Positions 1-8,441 of a stretch of DNA of 44,028 nt are shown here, piece by piece. How positions within the stretch are numbered: the first letter of the stretch is position 1; every line of letters begins with the position of its first letter. A program made the position numbers and the translations under genes. The stretch comes from Candidatus Zixiibacteriota bacterium (GTDB taxonomy: Bacteria > Zixibacteria > MSB-5A5 > WJJR01), in contig JAVHPP010000063.1 of assembly GCA_036170655.1 (NCBI GenBank), positions 1 through 44,028 on the forward strand. The letters run 5' to 3'. Below the pieces are notes generated by a model that was not told where the DNA came from, searched no databases, and was given only the letters and a program-made list of their open reading frames with translations.

Positions 1-433
1 CCGCGAAGGCCTTTTGCTTCATCTTCTTGCGGACCGAAGGCGCCACAACGGATGCGATCTTCTTGTCAGGCCGCACCAGTGACACGGCTGTGAGGAAACC
101 GCAAAGCTCATCAACAGCGAAAAGCGCCTTGGCGCGCAGCGTGTCACGCGGCACGCCGGTGTAGGCGGCATGGGACATGATCGTCCGGATCCAATCTTCG
201 GGAACTCCTTTGGAACGGAGAATCTCCGCCCCGCGGTATGGGTGGTCAGCGGGGGTGGGGTAGCGCTCATAATCGAAATCGTGGATCAGTCCGATTACAC
301 CCCACACTTCTTCGTCCTCACCAAACTTGCGGGCGTAGGCGCGCATCGCCGCCTCCACCGCGAGGGCGTGTTTGATCAGCGCGGGGTTCTTCGTGTACTC
401 GTTCAAGAGGGCAAAAGCTTCTGTTCTATCCAT
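1..433 (-). CDS. HD-superfamily (HDIG-type) predicted hydrolase, 3' end runs off the window
   Basis: Not in the ORF track. Manual translation from ATG at 433: MDRTEAFALLNEYTKNPALIKHALAVEAAMRAYARKFGEDEEVWGVIGLIHDFDYERYP...SHA...LFAVDELCGF. Shows the H...HD...D pattern and stays open to position 1. Confidence 0.85.
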   Translation of the reverse strand, partial: MDRTEAFALLNEYTKNPALIKHALAVEAAMRAYARKFGEDEEVWGVIGLIHDFDYERYPTPADHPYRGAEILRSKGVPEDWIRTIMSHAAYTGVPRDTLRAKALFAVDELCGFLTAVSLVRPDKKIASVVAPSVRKKMKQKAFA

Positions 434-544
434 GACAATGGGAAAATTACGAAACCATTGGCGTAAAATCCTTCCTAAAGTTGGGCTGCAACAGTGACGA
501 ATCCCTTGACTTGCGGCAGGGTGCCCTCTTCATTCTCCATCGAC

Positions 545-621
<77 letters not shown>

Positions 622-627
622 AGCTTA

Positions 628-667
628 GCCCGCTGAAGTCCAACGACTTCGGCGGGTTTTTGTTTTT
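628..667 (+). terminator. Rho-independent terminator after tRNA-fMet
   Basis: GCCCGCTGAAGTC-CAAC-GACTTCGGCGGGT followed by a T-tract. Confidence 0.85.
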
Positions 668-691
668 GCGGGATACCCTCAGAAACCGGAT

Positions 692-712
692 TTTCTATCA
701 GTTTTCTAACAA
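692..712 (+). repeat. Tandem arm-type repeats (TTTCTA[A/T]CA[A/G]), island 1 left end
   Basis: TTTCTATCAG (692-701) and TTTCTAACAA (703-712), 11-bp period. The same pair recurs at 3350-3370 and 3604-3624. Confidence 0.6.
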
Positions 713-865
713 ACGTGTTGAAAACGCGAACGCACGTGCTTCATTCCCATTCTTGTGCACGATGAAGTTCAACGACTTGCGCTGAGCGACGACGGAGAAT
801 TGGCATGACCTTCGGGCGTCTTGGGGCTGAGAACCCGACGGTCAAGGACGCGAGAAGAAACCACA

Positions 866-1210
866 ATGGCATTCAGTGATGAAGAAATCGCGCGATACAG
901 TGAGCTTGCTTCGGCTCTCTGTGAACGCCGACACCCCGTTCACGTTCACCACCAAGTCTGGATGGGATTCAAGATTGAAGGCCAGAGCATCACGCTGATT
1001 GAGTATCGGGTGCATTGGAAGGACAAAACGAAGACGACGGCTCACCCGATTGCAAAGACCGTTTTCAATCGCAGGTCGGGTGAGTGGAAGATCTATTGGA
1101 TGCGAGCAAGTCTGAAATGGTGGGCGTATGAGCCGTGCCCGACAGTCTCAACCTTCGAAGAGTTTCTTGAAGAAGTGGATCGAGATGAGTGTGCGTGCTT
1201 CTTTGGCTAA
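866..1210 (+). CDS. DUF3024-family protein (copy 1)
   Basis: MAFSDEEI...PIAK..FNR..GEWKIYWMRASLKW..YEP....FLEEVDRDECACFFG matches the DUF3024 pattern. Start chosen by homology with copy 2. Confidence 0.8.
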   Translation: MAFSDEEIARYSELASALCERRHPVHVHHQVWMGFKIEGQSITLIEYRVHWKDKTKTTAHPIAKTVFNRRSGEWKIYWMRASLKWWAYEPCPTVSTFEEFLEEVDRDECACFFG

Positions 1211-1797
1211 CTTCCGGTTCTCGCCAAAGTCATGTACGCGGCATATGCCGTACATCTTGCCAAGGACTGCCAGAATTCCAGTTCATTCTGAGACACGTTG
1301 AACTCGGATAGATTCTCGTTGGGATTTTCTCCTTTGCGTGCCCAGAAGACCAGGCCATCGAAATCGGAGTTGTAGTCCCAATTCCCGTGAGCGATAGCAT
1401 TTCGAAAGGCCCGAACCGGATTATCTGTGAGGAATCGGCAACAGAGATTCAATGTCGAACCAGTCGGCGAATTCTTCCTAAGAACTCTGAAACACGATTC
1501 TCCCAGATAAACGAAGCACACGTAATTCTGTACAATTACCTGCGCTCGCGTTGTTGCGGGCGATGATCCATTCGCTCTGATCTCATCCATAAACGCTTGG
1601 AATGCCGTCACCTCGTCCAGTCGCCGCCGGAGCGGCACTGTGGAGGAAGGCAAGATTCGCCCTTGAACGTCAGGGGGCAGCGCTGCCACGTCGCCGGAGA
1701 TCGAGGTTGCAAGGGAGTTGCTCGCCGCAATTGAGATTCCGAGGTCGTCACGAAGGCGTGTTGCCCAACGGTGCATTTGCTTATCCAGATGTGTCAT
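1207..1797 (-). CDS. Hypothetical protein with HEPN-like RxxxxH motif
   Basis: 196 aa ORF, helical-looking, contains FRNAIAHGNW; lies in island cargo. Confidence 0.55.
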   Translation of the reverse strand: MTHLDKQMHRWATRLRDDLGISIAASNSLATSISGDVAALPPDVQGRILPSSTVPLRRRLDEVTAFQAFMDEIRANGSSPATTRAQVIVQNYVCFVYLGESCFRVLRKNSPTGSTLNLCCRFLTDNPVRAFRNAIAHGNWDYNSDFDGLVFWARKGENPNENLSEFNVSQNELEFWQSLARCTAYAAYMTLARTGS

Positions 1798-1827
1798 CGA
1801 TCAACATCAACTCCAGTCCAAAACTGC

Positions 1828-2555
1828 TTACATGAATTTCCTTCGCTTGAAGGCTGCAACATCCTCGGCCGTCAACTCAAACCACTCTCCGTTCTTCCGC
1901 CGTGCGCTAAACCGATCGTGCCAGTACTTCTCGATACCGGCCGGGTCATCGGTCTTGATCGAGTGCACTGACTTCGCCGCCTCGGGAAGTTGAATCGCGA
2001 GTTCACGTTCTCGACGTCCGATGGCGTTAGTACGTCCGATCTTGTAGAATCGGCCAGACTTCAGTAAGTAGACGTACCCCAGCGTATCTTCTCGTGGCGT
2101 CCGCGCGATTTCTTGATCGGTCGGAATCTCGGTTTGAGAGAAAGTCTCGTCGCAGATCTTAACGACGTCTTCAAATCCACCGCGGTTCACACAGAAGTTG
2201 CGTAATGCTGACACTCGACTCTGCTTGTTGCCGAACTTTGCGAGTGTACTGTGCCATGGGAACCCTTTGTCAGTTCGGGCTCGCAATTTGATTTCAGTCA
2301 CGACGGGAAAGTGACCGAGCCCACGTACGAAGAGTGCGAGTTTTTCCAGAACTTCGTTGTCCGCGCGCGGGCCTTGCAAACGGTTTGGCGAGAATCCAGC
2401 GTCCTTTAGCGCATCTCCCCAGCGCGGCCAGTGTCTCAGCACGTCGTTAAGTGTAATTCCTGTTTCCGCCTCGAAGCGTGCCGTGCCAAGCGGCTTCCCT
2501 TTGTGTCTGCCGCTGTTCTTCGAATCTCCGCGAGGATGTGTGTTTTTGAATTCAT
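1828..2555 (-). pseudogene. GIY-YIG (T5orf172/Mug113-like) nuclease with N-terminal repeat domain, frameshifted
   Basis: C-terminus GYVYLLKSGRFYKIGRT...IEKYWHDRF...GEWF. The ATG at 2555 reads MNSKTHILAEIRRTAAD, then stops; the adjacent frame continues KGKPLGTARFEAETGI...HWPRWGDAL. This implies a 1-bp loss near 2498-2506. Confidence 0.7.
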
Positions 2556-2583
2556 GATTCCCCCCCGCCCCGGACGAGGAAGT

Positions 2584-2913
2584 TTAGGATGTCGCCCGAG
2601 CTCTGTCCCGGATAAGAACTAGCCTCACTTCGACCCGGCGGTCCAATGCCGCTGCAATCCTCTGCAACATCGAGAGCGAATGCCCTCGATAATCCGAATC
2701 CTCCAGTTGGCATATTACAGACGCGGTTGTCCCCACGCGGCTTGCGAGTTCTCGTTGGGTGAGTCCGGCCTTTGTCCTGAGATTGTAGATTGCCTGCGCG
2801 ATCTCGATATTGGCGCGCTCCAGTTCCAATTGTGCGAGAGCATTGGCATCGGAGCCAATATATCGGTCGTGAAGGTACTTCATTGTTTTGGATTTCGGTT
2901 TTCTGGTGGCCAT
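2584..2913 (-). CDS. XRE-type HTH antitoxin (HigA-like)
   Basis: IAQAIYNLRTKAGLTQRELASRVGTTASVICQLE...SLSMLQRIAAAL HTH; starts 1 nt after the toxin stop. Confidence 0.85.
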   Translation of the reverse strand: MATRKPKSKTMKYLHDRYIGSDANALAQLELERANIEIAQAIYNLRTKAGLTQRELASRVGTTASVICQLEDSDYRGHSLSMLQRIAAALDRRVEVRLVLIRDRARATS

Positions 2914-2914
2914 G

Positions 2915-3289
2915 TTAAGACTCCAATCTGAATGAATGACCCGACGGAGAGCTACGGAATCTGTTCTTCCGATCGACTGCGCGTTCGATTTCCCGTTTCG
3001 GCACTCTGGCTTCCGGTTTAGAAAGCCCATGAGAGACCACTACCGCCGTCGTCCCGTGGAAGAAATAAAGCATCCGGTAGTTGACTCCCTGGTGCTTCGC
3101 GCGGAGCTCATATATATCCTCTCCCAAGTAGTCTGCAACGGGCCGCCTGAGCTCATGTGCGAATTCCTCCAACCGTTCCAGCCGCGCGAGGCACTTGACA
3201 CGCGCTTTCTGTGTCAGACCGTCAAGCCAGTCGAGTAAGGGGACGCTGCCATCATTCTCCTTAAAGAGGATCAAGTCAATCGCTGGCAC
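2915..3289 (-). CDS. Type II toxin, RelE/ParE superfamily (HigB/Gp49-like)
   Basis: PLLDWLDGL..KARVKCLARLERL...RPVADYLGEDIYELRAK...YRMLYFF...VVVSHGLSK; toxin-first gene order; GGAGAGG RBS before a GTG start. Confidence 0.85.
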   Translation of the reverse strand: MPAIDLILFKENDGSVPLLDWLDGLTQKARVKCLARLERLEEFAHELRRPVADYLGEDIYELRAKHQGVNYRMLYFFHGTTAVVVSHGLSKPEARVPKREIERAVDRKNRFRSSPSGHSFRLES

Positions 3290-3304
3290 TCATCCTCTCC
3301 TTCT

Positions 3305-3322
3305 GTTCGTAATATTACGAAC
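3305..3322. promoter_or_regulatory. Perfect 18-bp palindrome, probable TA autoregulatory operator
   Basis: GTTCGTAATATTACGAAC, 15 bp upstream of the toxin start; conserved at 4349-4368. Confidence 0.7.
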
Positions 3323-3349
3323 GCAATCTGACAGTTGTTTGCTCCACGC

Positions 3350-3370
3350 TTTCTAACAATCTTCTAACAA
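3350..3370 (+). repeat. Tandem arm-type repeats, island 1 right end
   Basis: TTTCTAACAA (3350-3359) and CTTCTAACAA (3361-3370), same orientation as the left-end pair. Confidence 0.6.
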
Positions 3371-3402
3371 AACATGCCAAAGGGTTATAAGAAACCGGAA
3401 AT

Positions 3403-3460
3403 CACCAGACAGGGCAATCCCGGCTAAGCTCTTGCCGGAATTGCCCTTTGGTGTCTGGTG
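3403..3460. repeat. Long imperfect inverted repeat at island right end
   Basis: CACCAGAC-AGGGCAAT-CCCGGC / GCCGGA-ATTGCCCT-ttggt-GTCTGGTG; a homologous structure lies at about 4449-4497. Confidence 0.65.
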
Positions 3461-3486
3461 CTGTCTGCTGGTTTGCAGACCGAACT

Positions 3487-3539
3487 GGCTCATAACCCGA
3501 AGGTCCTGGGTTCAAATCCCAGCCCCGCTACCAAGCTTA
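3487..3539 (+). repeat. att site: duplicated 3' half of tRNA-fMet (junction of island 1 and island 2)
   Basis: 53/53 identical to 575-627; the 5' half of the tRNA is absent. Confidence 0.92.
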
Positions 3540-3578
3540 ACTCCCTGAAGTGGAAACACTTCGGGGAGTTTGTTTTTT
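3539..3578 (+). terminator. Rho-independent terminator (island 2 left end)
   Basis: AACTCCCTGAAGTG-GAAA-CACTTCGGGGAGTT followed by a T-tract; compensatory changes relative to 628-667. Confidence 0.8.
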
Positions 3579-3777
3579 GGGGAATTATCTTCAGAGACCG
3601 GATTTTCTAACAGTTTTCTAACAAACGTGTTGGAAACTCGCCCCCATTTGCGCCATTCTCGATTTTGCGCACAATGAGGTTAAACGACTTACGTGAAGCT
3701 GATCTCGGGAATTGAGGTGGCCGTCGCGCTTTTTCGGGTCGAGAACCCGAAGGTCAAAGATGCGAGAAGGAACCGCA

Positions 3778-4122
3778 GTGGCATTCAGTGATGAAGAAAT
3801 CGCGCGGTACAGCGCCATTGCCTCTGCCTTTTGTGAGCGTAAGGTCCCGGTTCACGTTCATCACCAGGTCTGGATCGGATTCAAGATTAGAGGACAAAGC
3901 ATCGCGTTGATCGAATATCGAGTGCATTGGAAGGTCGAGACAAACACCACCGAACACCCAATCGCCCAGACGACCTACAACAGGAAGACGGAGGAGTGGC
4001 GGCTCTACTGGATGCGGGCGGACCTGAAATGGCACGGGTATCAGCCGTGTCCCTCAACCGACACATTCGAGAAGTTTCTGGAGGAAATGGACCTGGATGC
4101 GTGTGGGTGCTTCTTCGGTTGA
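3778..4122 (+). CDS. DUF3024-family protein (copy 2)
   Basis: GTG start; 114 aa colinear with copy 1, about 72% identical by hand count (82/114). Confidence 0.8.
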   Translation: MAFSDEEIARYSAIASAFCERKVPVHVHHQVWIGFKIRGQSIALIEYRVHWKVETNTTEHPIAQTTYNRKTEEWRLYWMRADLKWHGYQPCPSTDTFEKFLEEMDLDACGCFFG

Positions 4123-4278
4123 TGGTCAGACCTGAAACGGCTTGGGTCTTGATACCGTTTTGGTCTTGATACCGCGTAATTCAGTCTTGAGTAAACTGTC
4201 GCGAGCCGTAGTTTATTTAATAGAGGACTCATCCTTCTCCAGGGAGAATTTCTGATAAGACGTCTGAGGACTTCCTAT

Positions 4279-4335
4279 TCAACGGAGGTATCTCGAGGTG
4301 TTCCTCAGGTAGAGGACAAGATCAACCCGTGGCAC
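4279..4335 (-). pseudogene. 5' remnant of the RelE/HigB-like toxin
   Basis: GTG-started MPRVDLVLY... versus MPAIDLILF... in island 1, with the same GGATGAGTGCCA start context and operator; homology ends after about 9 codons. Confidence 0.6.
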
Positions 4336-4348
4336 TCATCCCCCAGTC

Positions 4349-4368
4349 CGTTCGTAATATTACGAACG
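4349..4368. promoter_or_regulatory. Perfect 20-bp palindrome (second copy of the TA operator)
   Basis: CGTTCGTAATATTACGAACG. Confidence 0.65.
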
Positions 4369-4531
4369 CATTCCAGCATCTGTTTGATCCCTCCTTTATG
4401 GTACTTTTCCAACAAACACGTCAGAACGTCAGAAATAAACCCAAAATCGCCAAGTCGGGCAACCCGGGCTATGCTCTCGCCGGAATTGCCCTTTGGCGCC
4501 TCGTGTTGTATTCTGGGTTGATGTCTGGGTC

Positions 4532-4583
4532 GGCCCATCATACCCAACCCGTACGACGAGGGGGAATCTCGGCCCCGCTGTCA
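4532..4583 (+). repeat. Degenerate tRNA-fMet 3' fragment (outermost att)
   Basis: AACCCGTACGACGAGGGGGAATCTCGGCCCCGCTGTCA aligns to AACCCGAAGGTCCTGGGTTCAAATCCCAGCCCCGCTACCA and sits where the right-end homology predicts. Confidence 0.55.
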
Positions 4584-4677
4584 TCTGCCCGTCGCATCCT
4601 GCCTTGGCTCTCGGTCCCAATGCACTCTCCCGTTTCCATTCAGCAATCTTTCAACCCCTTTTCATCGAGGTCATTCA

Positions 4678-7600
4678 ATGTCCAAACACCTACTGTTTGG
4701 TGTATCGCTCCTTTACGTGATTTCCATGCTGAGCGACCCCGCCGTTGCTGACGACTCATTCGAATCACTGAAGCCCAACCAGGTCATCGCCGCTTTCCGG
4801 GTCGAGGCGGTCTACGAGAATGATGCCGGACAGGCCATGGGCGCGCGCTTCCGTCACACACCGAGCGGATTTGTGCTCGATCTCTTGCGCATCCAGTCTG
4901 TCCCGGGGGCGTTCATGTGGGTTAACTCGCTGCCGCCGTCGGACAAAGGGGAGCCGCACACCTGTGAACATCTGCTGTTGGGGAAGGGGAACAAGGGACG
5001 GTATGTCGCCTCGCTGGAGGATATGTCGCTGGGGAACAGCTCGGCCTTCACGATGCAATTACAGACATGTTACCATTACCACACGGCGGCCGGGTCCGAT
5101 GTCTTCTTCAATCTGATGCAGGCGAAGCTCGATGCGATCCTGCATCCCAATTTCTCCGATGAGGAAATCCGACGCGAGGTCTGCAACGTGGGTTACGTGG
5201 CCGACCCGACCGACAGCAGCCTGCGGCTGGAAGAAAAGGGCACCGTCTACAACGAGATGGTCAGTTCGTATGAGCGTCCCTGGGCGGCGCTTGGACGGGA
5301 AATGGGGTTGCTGATGTATGGCCCGGGGCATCCGTTGTCAAATGAATCGGGCGGCCTGCCGGACTCCATTCGCGCAATGGTCCCCGAGGACTTGTGGCGT
5401 TTTCACCGGGCCACCCATCATCTCAACAACATGGGGATGGTCGTTTCCATCCCGGATGACATCACGCTCGACAACTGTCTGCAACGGACCTCATCTGTGC
5501 TGGCCAGCATCGAGCCGGACGCAAAGCCCGGTCTCGATCCGGCCACGCTGGGCGACCGATTGCCGCCGCCGGTCTCCGCGCCCAATGGGACAGACCGGCT
5601 CGTGGACTTCCCGCACCAGAATGAGAATGAACCCGGCCTGTTGGTATATGGCTGGGCGCCGACGCTGCGACTCGACAACGACGAAGGTTACCTTCTCGAT
5701 CTGCTGGTCGGCAACCTCGCGGGCGGTGAGACTTCGAACCTCTACCGTAAGTTCATCGATTCACAGACACGGGTCATGGATATTGGCGCGAATGCGGTCT
5801 TCGGCTGGGTCAGTTCCGATCTGGGCCATCCGGTCTCGATCGGGCTGAACAATGTGAAGCGCGAAGCAATCAATCCGGCGATGATGGATTCGATCCGGGG
5901 GATTATTCTGGGCGAGATTCAATCGGTAGCCGATATGCCCGATGGTTCGGCCGAACTGAAATCGTTCAATGAACGTGCGCAGGGTCGTGTCATCGAGCGT
6001 CGCCGCGCTCTGCGCAAGTTCCTCAATTCACCGCCGGGATTCGGGTTTCGTGGCAGCGGCGCCGATTGGATGGAGCACCTGAAGCATCTGCAGAAAGCGA
6101 GTGGTTTCCGCAAACGTCTCACACTCGATTCGGAACTGCAGTTTGCCGAAGGGCTCCTCGCGACATCGAGGAACTTCTGGCGTGAGTATATCCCCAAATG
6201 GGGACTGATCAATCGTGTGCCCTATGCTGTCGCTGCCCGTCCAAGTGCGGATCTGATTCACCAAACCGAGAAGGCGCGCAGCGAGAGAATTGAGACGTTC
6301 ATTGCGACGCTTGAGCGGCAGGATGGCGCCAAAAGCAAGGACGAGGCGTTGCGCCGGTTCAAGAAAGACTACGATGCGAAGACAGTGGCCATCGACAACG
6401 ACGCGAAGAAGATTCCCATGCCCCGCTTCGTGAGCAACCCGCCCATGACACTCGATGATCAATTGCGATTCACCAGTAGCCGGCTGCCCGGAGGCGGGTC
6501 CGAAGTGGTCAGCGCTTTCGAGAACATGACCAGCGCCACGACCGGACTGGCGTTCCGTATGGATGTTGTTCCGGAATCACTGCTCTTGTACGTGGCGGCG
6601 CTCCCCACCCTGCTGACTGAGGTCGGGGTCATCAAAGATGGGCGCCCAGTTGCCTATGATGAAATGAAGGAACAGTTGCGACGTCAAATTCTTAATATGA
6701 GCACCTACTATAGCGTCAATGATCGCACCGAACGCGCGGAGCTGATTCTGAAAGCCTCCGGGAGTGATGCTTCGGAGTCGAAGGTGGCCTTGAAATGGCT
6801 GGAGTCGGTTCTAATCGATCCGGACTGGCGGGTTGAGAATCTGCCGAGAATCCGTGATGCTGTGGATCAAGCCCTCAGTGGGCTGCGTAACGTGATGCGC
6901 GGCTCGGAAGAGGCGTGGGTGATGGATCCCGCCAATGCTTATTGGCGGCAGACCAATCCGTTGATCCTGAGCGCCGATTGCTTCCTCACCCAGACGCACG
7001 CGCTCCATCGCCTGCGCTGGCGGCTGAAAGACCCCGGGCCAGCCGGTGTACTGGAGCAATTCCGCGATTTCAACGACAGACTTGCGGTCTTGGGATCACA
7101 ATACAGCCGTTCCCAGCTCAAAGGAACGTTGGCGGCGCTCATGGGCAACACATCGGCGACCGACAGCGTGCCCTCCGGCGCAGACAGTCTCAAGACCGGC
7201 ATGGACGCGCTTCCCAGTTCGGCCAATGGCCTTGTCCTCGAGGAGTTGAAAGATCTCCAGCAGAGTCTGGCCGATATCCCCGATCAGAGCCTTGCGGCGG
7301 ATTGGGAGTATCTCTGCCGCCAGATGACAGCGGACCTGACAGTTTCTCCGCAGAGAGCCTTGGATGAGTTGAAGTCGGTTCTCAATCTCATCCGCAAAGC
7401 GGACAATGTCCGAGTGTTCCTCATTTCGAGTTCATCCAGCAAGAAGAACTTGAGTCCGACGCTGGATACGTTACTGTCCCGTCTGGATCAGACACCGTCG
7501 GTCCGGCAGATGTACGACCGCACACCGCGCATTGTCCAACGCCTGCGTGAACGCCTGACAACAATGGGTCGTCCGATTTTTGTGGGACTGGTCAATGAGA

Positions 7601-8253
7601 ACACGCGCTCCGGCGTATTCATCAACACGGCCGGATGCGCCAACTTCGTGGACTTCGACCGCGAGTCATTGCTGAAGTTTCTCTCGGCGCGCCTCTACGG
7701 CGGTGGCGGCGCGCACAGTATGTTCATGAAGACATGGGGCGCGGGCTTGGCTTATTCCAATGGGTTGCGCAGCAACGAGTCGACGGGCCGGTTGATCTAT
7801 TATGCCGAGCGATGTCCCGATCTCGCGCAGACCATGCAGTTCGTGGTGAATGAACTGAAGAATGCGCCATACGACACGTCGCTGGCCGAGTACGCCATCG
7901 CGCAGGCCTTTGCGACATACCGTTCCGGCTCGGCATATGAGGAACGGGGAGAGGCGATGGCGGCCGATCTGGCCGATGGGGTCACACCGGACGCCGTCCG
8001 CCGGTTCCGTCAGGGAATCCTAGGGTTGCGGGATTCGCGTGACCTGTATGGCGATCTCCAGGCACGCATGGAGTACACCTATGGTCAGGTGTTGCCGGGG
8101 TACGGCCCGAAGAAAGCGGATGTCCGTGACGCGATCTACTTTATCATCGGCCCGGAAAAACAATTCCAGTTGTATGAAGAGTACCTGCACAGCACGGAAG
8201 GGGATGTGAGCTTGTACCGGCTCTACCCGCGTGACTGGTGGCTGGTGAAATAG
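4678..8253 (+). CDS. M16 (insulinase/PreP-like) zinc metallopeptidase with signal peptide
   Basis: Inverted Zn motif HTCEH, EEKGTVYNEM segment typical of M16C, 1191 aa, hydrophobic N-terminus ending AVA-D. Confidence 0.85.
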   Translation: MSKHLLFGVSLLYVISMLSDPAVADDSFESLKPNQVIAAFRVEAVYENDAGQAMGARFRHTPSGFVLDLLRIQSVPGAFMWVNSLPPSDKGEPHTCEHLLLGKGNKGRYVASLEDMSLGNSSAFTMQLQTCYHYHTAAGSDVFFNLMQAKLDAILHPNFSDEEIRREVCNVGYVADPTDSSLRLEEKGTVYNEMVSSYERPWAALGREMGLLMYGPGHPLSNESGGLPDSIRAMVPEDLWRFHRATHHLNNMGMVVSIPDDITLDNCLQRTSSVLASIEPDAKPGLDPATLGDRLPPPVSAPNGTDRLVDFPHQNENEPGLLVYGWAPTLRLDNDEGYLLDLLVGNLAGGETSNLYRKFIDSQTRVMDIGANAVFGWVSSDLGHPVSIGLNNVKREAINPAMMDSIRGIILGEIQSVADMPDGSAELKSFNERAQGRVIERRRALRKFLNSPPGFGFRGSGADWMEHLKHLQKASGFRKRLTLDSELQFAEGLLATSRNFWREYIPKWGLINRVPYAVAARPSADLIHQTEKARSERIETFIATLERQDGAKSKDEALRRFKKDYDAKTVAIDNDAKKIPMPRFVSNPPMTLDDQLRFTSSRLPGGGSEVVSAFENMTSATTGLAFRMDVVPESLLLYVAALPTLLTEVGVIKDGRPVAYDEMKEQLRRQILNMSTYYSVNDRTERAELILKASGSDASESKVALKWLESVLIDPDWRVENLPRIRDAVDQALSGLRNVMRGSEEAWVMDPANAYWRQTNPLILSADCFLTQTHALHRLRWRLKDPGPAGVLEQFRDFNDRLAVLGSQYSRSQLKGTLAALMGNTSATDSVPSGADSLKTGMDALPSSANGLVLEELKDLQQSLADIPDQSLAADWEYLCRQMTADLTVSPQRALDELKSVLNLIRKADNVRVFLISSSSSKKNLSPTLDTLLSRLDQTPSVRQMYDRTPRIVQRLRERLTTMGRPIFVGLVNENTRSGVFINTAGCANFVDFDRESLLKFLSARLYGGGGAHSMFMKTWGAGLAYSNGLRSNESTGRLIYYAERCPDLAQTMQFVVNELKNAPYDTSLAEYAIAQAFATYRSGSAYEERGEAMAADLADGVTPDAVRRFRQGILGLRDSRDLYGDLQARMEYTYGQVLPGYGPKKADVRDAIYFIIGPEKQFQLYEEYLHSTEGDVSLYRLYPRDWWLVK

Positions 8254-8441
8254 CGCCCCGGACAGGTGCCCCATGGTCGAAATCGAGCGTGAAGACGCAC
8301 AGGCGATGTGGCGGCAAGGCTAAGAAAGCGTTGACTTGTTTTGGGAACATGGCTCTGTATCTTATGCCCTGTTGAAGGTGATTGTTCTTGTCGCCTTTGT
8401 TCGGGTTACTCGCACCGTTCGGATCGGAAGGAGGATTAGAT

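Larger units (their letters stand above)
3487..4583. mobile_element. tRNA-fMet mini genomic island 2 (decayed, no integrase)
   Basis: Same order as island 1 (att, terminator, arm repeats, DUF3024, toxin remnant, operator palindrome, hairpin); ends in a degenerate tRNA 3' copy at 4532-4583. Confidence 0.7.

Noticed and set aside
3487..3533. Second tRNA-Met gene
   Set aside because: Only the 3' part from the anticodon arm is present; the acceptor 5' strand and D-arm are missing, so it is an att duplication.
4329..4751. 140-aa ORF across the island 2 right end
   Set aside because: It spans the operator palindrome, hairpin and degenerate att; the homologous DNA in island 1 is not an equivalent ORF.
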